Positions 23,982 through 37,038 of a stretch of DNA of 47,325 nt are shown in pieces. The notes beneath the pieces are model-generated. The model was not told where the DNA came from. It ran no database searches and was given only the letters and a program-made list of their open reading frames with translations. Both the position numbers and the translations under genes were made by a program. Positions within the stretch are counted from its first letter, which is position 1. Every line of letters starts with the position of its first letter. The DNA comes from Octopus bimaculoides (taxonomy: Eukaryota): assembly GCF_001194135.2 (NCBI RefSeq), contig NC_069000.1:12733786-12781110 (forward strand). Direction: 5' to 3'.

Positions 23982-23990
23982 TTTCTTTTT
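23982..23990 (+). terminator. Pol III terminator for tRNA-Thr
   Basis: TTTCTTTTT about 16-24 nt downstream of the tRNA 3' end. Confidence 0.7.
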
Positions 23991-24352
23991 AAAAGAAAGT
24001 TATAAAACGTTACGTTAATCAAATAATGATTCGGTGTTGAAGTATTTGACTTGTTAATTCATTTTGTAAGATAGTCTTGAATCTAGAGTGGTAATCGTTG
24101 ATAGATGACATATCTGTTACAGTTTCGAATAAAATGTCTTATTGTATATCTTCCGGCTCTTTGAAATTTGTTCTCAAATCCTACTGATTTAAATTTTGGT
24201 TTTTCATCCCTCCAGGTTCGACGAAATAAAAGGCCAGTCCAGTGCTGAGTTCGATGGTATCGGTTAACCACTACCATCAAAACTGCTGAACTTCTGTCAA
24301 AATTTGAGACCATTATTATTTTTATAGTAGTAGTAGTAGTAGTAGTAGTAGT

Positions 24353-25365
24353 CCGGTGGAATGACAGAATTATTAGCACGTCAGATGAAATACTTAGCAG
24401 CATTTCGTCCACGGAGGTTGACTTTGTCTGTCATCGTTTCGGGGGCGATAAACTAAGTACCATCTGTGCACAAGATTCGATTTAATCGACTACTTCTTTC
24501 CCTCATATTCTCAGGCCTTGTGCCTATTGTAGAAAAGATTATTCTGTGGCTACCTCCTTGCATTAGTGACGTATCCCTGATTTCAACAAATTTCTAATAG
24601 ATTATCGTTAAAATACTTTAACATAATGAAGCAATGTTATGAAGATATATAAATTTAAGCATGAAAATAAAAATAAGAAATTTAACAAAACTTCGTTAGT
24701 TGTGATTGTTAAACTTTGATTATGGGCTGTGGGCTGGCAGAAAACTGCTTAGCAGTATTCCGTTCACCTCTTGAGTTCAAATCCTGTCGAGGTAAGTTTG
24801 CTTTTCATCTTCTCGGGTTCAATAAATCAAATTACCACACAAGTCCTGGGATCGGTGTAACAGAGTAAAACTCTGCCCACAGAATTTCTTGCTCTCTGCC
24901 TAAATAAGATACAGTTTTTATTATACTTTCATGATAAAGCGGTGAGTGGGCAGAATCGTTAGCACGCCGGACAACATGTTTAGCAGCATTTCTTACGTTC
25001 TGAGTTCAAATTCTGCCGAGGTCGACTTTGCCTTTCCTACTTTCGGGGTTGATAAATAAAGTACCAGTGAAACACTGGGATCGACGTAATCGACTAGACC
25101 CCTCCTCCAAAGATTTCAGGCTTTGTACCTTTGGTAAAAAGGATTATATTTTGATGTTTGGTCATAAGCTAGCAGATTACTTTAAGCATCGGGAAAATGT
25201 TTTATACTATTTTTTTCCAGCGCTTTATGTCGAGTTCAAATCCTTCTGAGGTCAACCTAGTCGTTCCTCCGTATTAGTTCCTACTAGTGAAGTATTGAAG
25301 TCATAGTATCGACTAAGTCCCTTCTTCAAAGACTGCTGACCTTGTGCCTAAATTAGAAGCAATTA
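24353..25365 (+). mobile_element. Cluster of four co-oriented SINE family B copies (about 24353-24545, 24724-24912, 24937-25148, 25219-25365)
   Basis: Repeated GGCAGAA..TTAGCA, GAGTTCAAAT..GAGGT, ATCGACT and CCTTGTGCCTA motifs. Confidence 0.85.
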
Positions 25366-25957
25366 CTTCTCTTTGATCTTTGTCAAAATCAGGATTAAAA
25401 TCATTCCGAAGCTGGTAAATATTAAAAAAAAAATAATACTGGTATAGATTCAGTCTACTTTATGCTTGAGTAACAAGCGTGACCTTGTGTTAACATGAGA
25501 AAACATCAACATCAACATTATTCCGTTTCATTTCATGTAAACCAAGGACGTCGTGCTTATGTGTGAAATTAATAATTGATACTGTTGGTGTTGTCGAGGA
25601 TATTAAAAAAATAAAAAAATTTAAAAAACTACCTTTCCCTGATGAAGTAGATATAAATTGGAAGTTTAGTATTTCAGTTGAAATTTGTCCCCCGGATTAA
25701 TTATATTTCTTTTCTATCGAAACCGTTTCTAATTTTGGAGTTTGAAATAATTAATTTTTCTGGTGTTTGGAGCAAATATTTTCTAGCAAACATAAAAAAC
25801 ATAAAAAGAAATTTTGACTATTTCAAACACGATTCAGGGAAATATAAATATCGTCTAGACTGTTCTGCCGGTTGTGAACATAAAAAAAAATTTATATATG
25901 TAAATGTATCTTTCTATTTATATATGTGTACATTCGGCCGTTGTGTTTTAGAATATA

Positions 25958-26088
25958 ATTTTCTACTCTAGGCACAAGGCCCGAAATTTGGGGGGAGGGA
26001 TCCAGTCGATTAAATCGACCCCAGTACGCAACTGGTACTTAATTTATCGGCTTCAAAAGGATGAAAGGTAAAGTCGACCTCGGTGGAA
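25958..26088 (-). mobile_element. SINE family B, 5'-truncated, with perfect 17-bp TSD
   Basis: TTGTGTTTTAGAATATA at 25941-25957 and 26089-26105. Confidence 0.95.
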
Positions 26089-26449
26089 TTGTGTTTTAGA
26101 ATATAGGGATATGTATGTTTATGTGTTTGCTTGTGTATTTTATTAGCGAGAGAACCACCAATCGGATCTAAACTTTTGGCTTTTCGCAAAACTCCACGAC
26201 TTCAGTCAAGTGCCACAGTATATCAAGTTAGCCACTAGGTTCTCTTACCGTTTCCGATTCACCATCCGTTTCGAATTGATGGGGAAAGTGCTCGAAAGGA
26301 ACGCGCATTTGCGTACTGTACGTCTTTACTGATGTTGCAAAAGTTGAATTGTGTATTTTCTTGCTACATATCAAACAATTTTCCTCGTTCCTTTATGCCT
26401 TTGATGGCTACATGTTGAATTGCACACTCTCGATGTTTCTTGCGTTCAG

Positions 26450-26626
26450 CGACGTCATCTTACTCTTCGAGTCCAATGGAGTCGTCGATGCATCGAGATC
26501 CAGGGCTGTGAAAAACAATGTTACCACCTCATCACCGGTGTCCAGGCACTTCGACGACGGCAATTTTTCGTCGTTTATTTTTTTGCTGTTTCTTGTGTTA
26601 TTTCTATATTTGTGTATTCTCCTGCT
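26450..26626 (+). CDS. Candidate internal exon (177 nt, symmetric), product unknown
   Basis: Acceptor GTTTCTTGCGTTCAG| and donor GCT|GTGAGT; open in two frames; lies in a non-repetitive island of higher GC; no recognised homology. Confidence 0.25.
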
Positions 26627-26699
26627 GTGAGTAGTGGGATTGAGGGTTTAGTTATAGTTGCTTTTGTGAAGGTGGACTTCACACGTTTTGTGCTTTAGC

Positions 26700-26774
26700 T
26701 TAGGGCAAACCTCGCTTCCTTTCATTTTGCTTTTTCTCCAACAAAGATCTCTTGCGGCTGGCCTTTTGCCTCGC
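26700..26774 (-). CDS. Alternative candidate terminal exon, ARQKASRKRSLLEKKQNERKRGLP*
   Basis: Acceptor TTATTCTGTTATTCAG|G with a T-rich tract upstream; AATAAA on minus at 26139-26144; no recognised homology. Confidence 0.2.
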   Translation of the reverse strand, partial: ARQKASRKRSLLEKKQNERKRGLP

Positions 26775-27884
26775 CTGAATAACAGAATAATATATCAGAA
26801 AAAAATAAATAGTTTATTGAAGACAAAGGTATAGCTATTTGTTTCACACTAAAGAAAAAAAAAAAAGAATCCAGATGTCTAAAGGCTGTGGACCTAAGTC
26901 CGTCGTTAGGTGATAGAATGAGAGAAGTTGAGCAAAAGAGAAACCGTAAGATGGTAAAAAAAATATATAAAAGCCACGTGCATATCTTAAATCTGCTTTG
27001 ATTCGAAAATAACCGTAAGTTGGAAGAGAAAAGACAACAAGGCTTCAATGCATAAGAGAGCAGTAGTAAGGGGAGATAAACTAGGGAATAATGTTCATGA
27101 GTGTAATTGCAATGTTCACATCTACAATATACAATCTCACACAAATTCATTCACATGTGCACACACACACAAACACACACACTCACACACACACTCACAC
27201 ACATATACACACATATTATACTTCGCACATCGTTGATTTATGTGAATTTATATTTGACTTCGAAAAACGTGTCATACATAAAGCATGTTTTTTCATACAC
27301 ACACACACACCTTAACGCTTGTAAACTTACAGATGTTAGATTTCATGGTTGGTAACTTGCTTATACAAGCAAACACAAATACGCGCTTAAACACTTGCCT
27401 GCAATATCCTTTCACTCAAATCATTCAAATGTATTCTCACAAAATATATATACACTGAGAAACTAGATTCTCACATTTCTTACAAAAATGAAGAAAAATC
27501 CTTTAAAAGGTCAACGACTTTGTTCCTTAATAACTTAATTCTACTTATAATATTTTATTAACAAAATTAGAAGGAGGTATCTTGTTGCTAATTCTCATCA
27601 ATTATTTGCTAATCCATTGCTCCTTAAAATCAAAGTATACGAGTATTTATATGACAGAATTAGTGATAAATTATTATATTTACTGCTTTGCTAAATTTGT
27701 TTCTGAAACCTTTACATGATAAGAGAACGACATTTATGAATTAGTTTTGTTTTCCCAATAATTTCATCTTCCTTTATCTAAACCATATTTAAATTCTCCT
27801 CTTTCGTTTTCGTCATTTATTTTTTCGTAAACACTGGCTTGTAAACACAATAGAGTCCAGCAAAATATACAGAAGAATAAGTAT

Positions 27885-28150
27885 ACGTAACTGTTTGGCA
27901 AGACGTTTGCTTCTTCAACTCATGGTTCTTTTTCAGTTCCACACCCTGGCACCTGGGGCAAGTGTCTTCTATAGCTTGGGGCCAACCAAAGCCTTGATTT
28001 CGTCTTTGGAAACAGAAAGANNNNNNNNNNNNNNNNNNNNNNNNNNNNNNNNNNNNNNNNNNNNNNNNNNNNNNNNNNNNNNNNNNNNNNNNNNNNNNNN
28101 NNNNNNNNNNNNNNNNNNNNNNNNNNNNNNNNNNNNNNNNNNNNNNNNNN

Positions 28151-28210
<60 letters not shown>

Positions 28211-28385
28211 TTGTCCTACAGCAACGAATGACAACTGGTGTTGGGTTGTTTACGTCCGCGTAACTTAGTAGTTCGACAAAAGAGCTTATTCAGTAAGTGG
28301 AAAATAAATAGTGGGGTCGATTCGTTCGACAAAAAATTTCATGGTAAAGCCCCAGCATGACTGCAGTCTAACGAATGAAAGAAGG
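27885..28385 (+). mobile_element. SINE family A with its internal microsatellite collapsed into a gap
   Basis: Head GGCACCTGGGGCAAGTGTCTTC..CCAAAGCCTTG before the gap; (GT)n and tail TGACAAC..GTTTACGTCC..GCCCCAGCATG after it. Confidence 0.85.
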
Positions 28386-28852
28386 GGGAAAAATAGAAAA
28401 AGAAACATCAGCAACACTGGACTTATTTTCAAACCAAGTCATGTTGTAGAATTTTCTGAATCCTAAGAATCTCTACGTCGACGTCAGATTAAAGCTCGTG
28501 CAAATGATAGTGAGCTGTTCAATTTCATGCAAATTATAAGCAAGAGGTTTAAGCATGGCTGGACACGCGATGATTGTAATATGCTTCAAAATTTTCTGTA
28601 CCGTTTTGACAAACGATTCTGTACAATCCAATAGATCAAATTCAGAAGTAATGAGTAGCACAGGATACAGTTATCTTACATAGATTAAAGGAAGAGGCGA
28701 ATAAAAAAAAGTCAAATGGGTGCAAGTAAAGCTCTGTGATTATGAAGTTTGCTTCGCGACATCGTGTTTATAAATATAAACCTATAGTGCAACATTTTCA
28801 GTTAATACTTTCTATCGTATCCTCGAGTTGGCAAATATCCACTAGTTAATAT

Positions 28853-28886
<34 letters not shown>

Positions 28887-28940
28887 TTATATATGGTTGA
28901 CGTCTACTCATGACCGAGAAAAACTACATCCTACATTTCA

Positions 28941-29043
28941 GTAAGTCAGTGCAAACGTTCTAAAAGTGCTTTGTATCAGCTGTTTTGCACAGCACTGGGG
29001 CTATTTTTCACTAGAATCAGCTGCATACTCAGTGTGTGTATGC

Positions 29044-29106
<63 letters not shown>

Positions 29107-29846
29107 GACGGTTTAGATATAGATTCAAAGTTGAATATGGTACTTATGTGTAGGCACCCGAATATCGCATCCCAAAAGGATAGGTGATTAAAATCAAAAA
29201 ATAAGCAACACGGATTTCAAAGGTGNNNNNNNNNNNNNNNNNNNNNNNNNNNNNNNNNNNNNNNNNNNNNNNNNNNNNNNNNNNNNNNNNNNNNNNNNNN
29301 NNNNNNNNNNNNNNNNNNNNNNNNNNNNNNNNNNNNNNNNNNNNNNNNNNNNNNNNNNNNNNNNNNNNNNNNNNNNNNNNNNNNNNNNNNNNNNNNNNNN
29401 NNNNNNNNNNNNNNNNNNNNNNNNNNNNNNNNNNNNNNNNNNNNNNNNNNNNNNNNNNNNNNNNNNNNNNNNNNNNNNNNNNNNNNNNNNNNNNNNNNNN
29501 NNNNNNNNNNNNNNNNNNNNNNNNNNNNNNNNNNNNNNNNNNNNNNNNNNNNNNNNNNNNNNNNNNNNNNNNNNNNNNNNNNNNNNNNNNNNNNNNNNNN
29601 NNNNNNNNNNNNNNNNNNNNNNNNNNNNNNNNNNNNNNNNNNNNNNNNNNNNNNNNNNNNNNNNNNNNNNNNNNNNNNNNNNNNNNNNNNNNNNNNNNNN
29701 NNNNNNNNNNNNNNNNNNNGTAAGTCAGTGCAAACGTTCTAAAAGTGCTTTGTATCAGCTGTTTTGCACAGCACTGGGGCTATTTTTCACTAGAATCAGC
29801 TGCATACTCAGTGTGTGTATGCATATATATATATATATATATATAT
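28941..29846 (+). other. Identical sequence of about 105 bp on both sides of a gap (28941-29045 = 29720-29824), probable assembly overlap
   Basis: 100% identity, and the second copy starts exactly at the gap edge. Confidence 0.85.
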
Positions 29847-31254
29847 GCGCATATATAAAGACATATACACACACATATATATAAGCGTCAAATTTCCGTC
29901 CCGGTGTTCAGGAGGTGTCAGTCCGAGTACCGTGGCTGTCTATCGACAACTTTTTTCCGTCTTATAAGGGTTATAATACCCATTCTTTCTGCTGTTATAC
30001 ACACACAGATACATAAATACATACATACATATATACACACACGTGTGTGTGTATGAATGTGGATGGATGCATTTTCACTCTTTTGATTATATTTTTCAAA
30101 TTTCTCTCCATTGGTGAAAGTGTTAGTTTCTGACGCAGCAAAATCAAGGTTGTGTTATTTTTATATTTCTTTCTTTCTTTCGTTTTTTTTTTCTTTTCCT
30201 TATTCTCTTCATCGGAAGTGCAGTGAACCATTGATCTGCCAGCTCTACAATAATAGTCAACGACTCTATTATTCAGTAATTGAGTTACAAAAAAAAAAAA
30301 ATAAAATAAAACATAATACAATATATATTCTGAGTCTGTATATCAAACATTACACGAGACATTATTTAGTGTTTTTTACACGCAACCACCATCCGAGTGA
30401 GCATTTATTTGTTCTTATTGCTATTTCACGTTTTGTCTCTCTTGCATTGCAGTACCTGTTTAGCTCGCTGTTTACCAAAATGTCTGTTTTTCATGGTATG
30501 CTGGCTGCAAACACTTGGAAACTATAACAGCGAACGTTTGGTATCAAAACAGTAAATATTTACTCGCANNNNNNNNNNNNNNNNNNNNNNNNNNNNNNNN
30601 NNNNNNNNNNNNNNNNNNNNNNNNNNNNNNNNNNNNNNNNNNNNNNNNNNNNNNNNNNNNNNNNNNNNNNNNNNNNNNNNNNNNNNNNNNNNNNNNNNNN
30701 NNNNNNNNNNNNNNNNNNNNNNNNNNNNNNNNNNNNNNNNNNNNNNNNNNNNNNNNNNNNNNNNNNNNNNNNNNNNNNNNNNNNNNNNNNNNNNNNNNNN
30801 NNNNNNNNNNNNNNNNNNNNNNNNNNNNNNNNNNNNNNNNNNNNNNNNNNNNNNNNNNNNNNNNNNNNNNNNNNNNNNNNNNNNNNNNNNNNNNNNNNNN
30901 NNNNNNNNNNNNNNNNNNNNNNNNNNNNNNNNNNNNNNNNNNNNNNNNNNNNNNNNNNNNNNNNNNNNNNNNNNNNNNNNNNNNNNNNNNNNNNNNNNNN
31001 NNNNNNNNNNNNNNNNNNNNNNNNNNNNNNNNNNNNNNNNNNNNNNNNNNNNNNNNNNNNNNNNNNNNNNNNNNNNNNNNNNNNNNNNNNNNNNNNNNNN
31101 NNNNNNNNNNNNNNNNNNNNNNNNNNNNNNNNNNNNNNNNNNNNNNNNNNNNNNNNNNNNNNNNNNNNNNNNNNNNNNNNNNNNNNNNNNNNNNNNNNNN
31201 NNNNNNNNNNNNNNNNNNNNNNNNNNNNNNNNNNNNNNNNNNNNNNNNNNNNNN

Positions 31255-31300
<46 letters not shown>

Positions 31301-31523
31301 CACACACTTGGTAGATAGAAAACAAAGAGTGTTTTCATTACGACTTATATAGACATGACATTCGAAAAATGTGTGACCCTGTGTCCTATAGAAAATACAT
31401 AAATACTCAATCAAGCGCATGACATATGACAGAAATACTTTGATAGAACCATGTTTTGCTAGTTTAGGGGTCAGTTTGAGTATCGTTGTCGCTATAGATC
31501 TAAATCTTCAATTATTACAGGAA

Positions 31524-31746
31524 TGATATTAGTTTCGAATTTTGGCACAAGTCTACCAATTTCGAAGGAGGAGATAAATCGATATCATCGATCCTAGTGA
31601 TCAACTGGTTCTTATTTTATCGAACTCCGAAAGGATGAACGGCGAAGTCGACCTCTGTGGAATTTTGAACTTAGCCCGTACTGACGGACGAAATGCCGTT
31701 AAGCATTTTGGCTGACGTAGGTAATGATCCTGCCAGCTCGCCGACT
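31524..31746 (-). mobile_element. SINE family B, older full-length copy
   Basis: Head CTGCCAGCTCGCC and body GGCGAAGTCGACCTC; probable TSD TTATTACAGGA / TTATTATAGGA (10/11). Confidence 0.85.
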
Positions 31747-33425
31747 TTATTATAGGATTTATATTCATAAATTATTCTGAATCAGGACAAAAATATCTGA
31801 AGTCAATTTGGAAATTAAATATTAAATTTTGCTCTGTTTACAGAAATCTATTTCAGTGTGTCCAATTCCTAATAAGCGTCACTGCTCTTTCCTTACCATC
31901 TACCACCCTACCACTCACACTTCTAATATCTCTAATCTAAGAAGAAACTTGTAAATAAGCACTTTCATCACCTCTGGTTCTTCTTCCAACATAGTGATCA
32001 CCAGCACTGTTTTTTTTTCTGTTGACTGTTTCTTCTTTTATTCAGAACGCCAAAGGGTTGGAATACCGCAAGACATCTTCCTCCATCAATTTTCCACCTC
32101 AGATTGATACATCTCTCTCCATTAAGGACAAAGTGGAGCTGGGCGGGATTTGAACTCAGATTGTGTGGTGTCGGCGGAACAAAAATCACATGCCATTCTA
32201 TCCAACTCGCTAACGACTCTAATATCATCGCCTCATATATCATGTTCAGGTTATTATCTTGTTTTCTTCCTCAGAAAAAGAAGGGGAGCCTCCTTGACCT
32301 GTATTTACGCAGTGTAAGTTAAGAAGAAGCTACGATAGCCGAGCCATTCTATGACCAGCGTCATGCTCCGAATACTTACAACAGAGAGGTCAGAGATAAG
32401 AACACCAAAGGACTCGGTGACAGTGCTAGACCGAGCAGCAAAATAATTCTACGACCTATACCATTTGGACCGATGCTATTGTTAATCAAATAGTAAAATA
32501 TACGAGCCATCAGATTTTTTATTTATAGTCTTATAACTTGTGACAGTAATATCCATAACATCAGTAGGAAATTCGTAAATAATCATTGCTGAGACCAACT
32601 TTATTTCATTTTCTACTTTAACCAGCTTCTGTTTACGCATTTCACTAATTCTTTCGTTGTCTTCTTATTCTGCTCTCAGCTATATCACTCCAATATACCT
32701 TCTCTCAATAAGGATGATTTCAAATGGAGATTATACATTAAGTAGCTTTTGCAGTCCTACAAGCGTCCTGCTAAAATAATTTCTTGTAGTATCTAATAAC
32801 ACCCAAACAAGAGAAAATGCCGGCCGACATCAACAGATATTTGAAGCTGCCGTAGGTTAAGTGTATGACACAGGAGATTTGTCTCATTGTAAATTGATAT
32901 AGTTAGAAAGAATTAAACACTTAAAGATTAAGAACATTACTCTATAGATCTTTAATATTATGCCGAGAAACATTTCCCTTTAGACCTCTGATATTAAAAG
33001 AATGAAATACAAGGTGGATATCGTCAAATTTGATCTGAGAACCGAGGTTCAAAACAAATACTAACAGTGTATCTATTATCGACACATTATCCACGCTATC
33101 AAACTGCTTCAACATTTCATAAATATTTACATAGGAATCTATAAAGCAGTGACGCTGACGTAATATGGGCGGTCGGACCTTCAGACGTAAGTATTAAAGT
33201 ACAAAACTTGATTGGTGAATGTCTCTTTGGTAGATAAATAAAAATAACAGCTGTAACAACAAAATTAATAGGTAGGTTTTGTTTATGTTGTTTATGTTGA
33301 ATATGTATGTGAGTTTTTTTTTTCCTTTGATTACATATTGCAATTGAGAAATCAGATATATTCACTTCCTCAAACAAGTGTATTCATTTGTACACGCGCA
33401 GGTATACATTTGCGCGCGCCTGGTG

Positions 33426-33521
<96 letters not shown>

Positions 33522-33585
33522 ATGTATATATATATGTGTGTGTGTATGCATGTATGTATATATGTATATATTCATATATATACAG

Positions 33586-33616
<31 letters not shown>

Positions 33617-34649
33617 GATAGATATAGATATAGATATATATATGTATATATATATATACATACATATATATACANNNNNNNNNNNNNNNNNNNNNNNNNN
33701 NNNNNNNNNNNNNNNNNNNNNNNNNNNNNNNNNNNNNNNNNNNNNNNNNNNNNNNNNNNNNNNNNNNNNNNNNNNNNNNNNNNNNNNNNNNNNNNNNNNN
33801 NNNNNNNNNNNNNNNNNNNNNNNNNNNNNNNNNNNNNNNNNNNNNNNNNNNNNNNNNNNNNNNNNNNNNNNNNNNNNNNNNNNNNNNNNNNNNNNNNNNN
33901 NNNNNNNNNNNNNNNNNNNNNNNNNNNNNNNNNNNNNNNNNNNNNNNNNNNNNNNNNNNNNNNNNNNNNNNNNNNNNNNNNNNNNNNNNNNNNNNNNNNN
34001 NNNNNNNNNNNNNNNNNNNNNNNNNNNNNNNNNNNNNNNNNNNNNNNNNNNNNNNNNNNNNNNNNNNNNNNNNNNNNNNNNNNNNNNNNNNNNNNNNNNN
34101 NNNNNNNNNNNNNNNNNNNNNNNNNNNNNNNNNNNNNNNNNNNNNNNNNNNNNNNNNNNNNNNNNNNNNNNNNNNNNNNNNNNNNNNNNNNNNNNNNNNN
34201 NNNNNNNNNNNNNNNNNNNNNNNNNNNNNNNNNNNNNNNNNNNNNNNNNNNNNNNNNNNNNNNNNNNNNNNNNNNNNNNNNNNNNNNNNNNNNNNNNNNN
34301 NNNNNNNNNNNNNNNNNNNNNNNNNNNNNNNNNNNNNNNNNNNNNNNNNNNNNNNNNNNNNNNNNNNNNNNNNNNNNNNNNNNNNNNNNNNNNNNNNNNN
34401 NNNNNNNNNNNNNNNNNNNNNNNNNNNNNNNNNNNNNNNNNNNNNNNNNNNNNNNNNNNNNNNNNNNNNNNNNNNNNNNNNNNNNNNNNNNNNNNNNNNN
34501 NNNNNNNNNNNNNNNNNNNNNNNNNNNNNNNNNNNNNNNNNNNNNNNNNNNNNNNNNNNNNNNNNNTATATATATATATATATAAATATACACAGAGGGA
34601 GAGACAGACAGCTAGACATACTGACAGACAGGCAGGCACAGCGACTGAT

Positions 34650-34687
<38 letters not shown>

Positions 34688-35118
34688 TAACTTCTAGATT
34701 TCTTTTTGCCTTATCTAAAAGTTACGGCTAAGAGCATGCTGAAATACTGTATGTGTGTGTGTGTGAACGTAAGTCTATATGTCCATACACACACTAGCAC
34801 ACTCACCCACACATACACATATACAGGCAGACGCATATACATACACATATAAATATGAGCACCGGGTTATCCAACAAAATAAAATACCAGGAATTAAACA
34901 ATACCGACATGAATGCAAAGAATTAACTCCATCGTTTACTATAAATAATACGCCTATTACCATTAGAGTACCGACGCATAAAACGTTATATATGAATGAA
35001 CCGAACATATCACTATGATCCATTTATCAAAACCTCATAAAACATAATACAAAATACATTGCACCAGACTAGAACCTGGTAGTAGAAATATGCTTGAACG
35101 TTATTAAAATCAGAAAAA

Positions 35119-35334
35119 AATCATCTTCGCTAGGCACAAGGCCTGAAATTTTGGGAGAGGAGGCCAGTCGATTAAATCGACTCCAGTACGGAACTGGTAC
35201 TTAATTTATCGACCTCGAAAGGAAAAAAAGGCAAAGTCGACCTCGCCGGAAATTGAACTCAGAACGTAAAGACAGGAGAAATACTGTTAAGTATTTCGCC
35301 CGGCGTGCTAAAGTTTCTGCCAGCTCGCCGCCTT
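35119..35334 (-). mobile_element. SINE family B, full length
   Basis: High similarity to the reverse complement of 46483-46694. Confidence 0.93.
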
Positions 35335-36175
35335 TTCGGAAAATCTATAATGAATAATATACGACGCGCACATATAATCTTAATTGATAAAAGTTGACTA
35401 AGCAAATGTATATGTATGGGTAGATCTTGGTATGATTTTCTTAGGAAGATTAGTAGCTGCCTAGGGTACTTGAGCCGCATACTCTATATTTTTATCTTTT
35501 CCATCTTTTGCTTATGTCAATCACATGACTGCAGCCATGCTGGAGCACTGCCTTAAAGAAGTCTAACTAACGCTTTGATAATACCACAAATTCGACGCGT
35601 TCACAAAAAAATATAAGCATACAAGTTCTGGAACAAACTAATGACTAATGTGATCTATAAATTCAATTACAAACTTCACAACTCCAACGCTGTACCGACT
35701 GTGCTAGTTTGTCTAACATCAATAAGAATAGCACCAACAATAATTACTGCAATTGTAATGAGTAGAATCACAGAAATATTCATTGTTTTTTTACACACTG
35801 AGATTTCTATAGCTTTAAAATATTGGGAAGTTGAGATGTTAACAACTTGCTGAGGGAGACGTATAAACGAATTAAACTAACATTCCGTTCTTGCACTCTC
35901 GCTATTGCTAATAGTCTCGCTCCAGATATTTCTAGTTTTTCTTCCGTGGGAATCTTAAAATGAAGAAATTCTTTTCCAAATTTCATTGGAGATTTATACT
36001 TACTCACTCACATCACTCACTCACTCACTCACACACGTACAAACATTATATGCGCGTGTTTATGTGACTGAGTGAGTAGGATATGTGAAAAGGTTCGATA
36101 TTGTGATTTTCAGTGAAATTTAATTGATAAAAAATGTCCTCTATTACAAGCTACACGCACCCCATGAGTGTGCGG

Positions 36176-36207
<32 letters not shown>

Positions 36208-36988
36208 GAGTAAAGATTTAAGTGCGAAAAGAAAGCAAATTGACACTACAGAATGGGCGCACTGTGACCAGCGATGTGTAACAAAACATCTGGTAGCCTG
36301 GTCGGTCACATGGGCACCTGATTTATATTTCATATCTCATATAGTCCAAAGCAATTAACAAAATGTTATGTATTACATGCTTTAATATATCGACATACGT
36401 AATAATTATATAGTCCATTCGCTTCTTCAGATATCATCATTTGAACGCAGCATTGACCAAATAAATGTTTTGGGATGAGTTAAATTGGATGGGCCACATT
36501 TTATAAATAGACTGAACACTTACTGCCTTTACTTAATATCCCTTATAGTTTTCAAGAGAGTAGACCCTAATAAAAGTCGACTATGCTGTTCCTTCAATTT
36601 GATATTTTTTAATTGAAGTACTTTTCTCCATATTAATAGTATCATATATTTTATAAGATATTTTTACCTAATTTTTACTTAATTTTCACTGCAGCTACGT
36701 ACCTTTGCGTTATAACCAGATATTTTAGAATAGTAATAACCAGTTCGTATTAGTGCATGCATTCATGTACATTCATGTTTACATACGTATAATGCACCTC
36801 GTTAGGTCGGAATAATGTACACACAAGAATATTATGCAAATATCAAACATAGTGCATAAGTACCGGCCGAATGATATTATTGTAGTGTATGTAGACAATT
36901 AGACCCAGCTGAATGAAGAAATCTGCTCTTGAACTATTCAGATATGTACATTATATTAGATATACATGTACATTATATTAGATATTAG

Positions 36989-37038
<50 letters not shown>

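Noticed and set aside
25635-25696. CTGATGA..GAAA..GTC hammerhead-like cores
   Set aside because: Stem I cannot close (C opposite C) and stem II does not close next to the core; at most a heavily decayed relic.
28467-28661. Frames of 55-62 codons open on both strands (ESLRRRQIKARANDSELFNFMQ..)
   Set aside because: No recognised homology, weak splice signals, and such lengths are expected by chance in 47 kb.
30144-30244. Minus-strand LADQWFTALPMKRIRKRKKK.. as a terminal exon
   Set aside because: The basic tail comes from an A-rich low-complexity run and the acceptor is weak.
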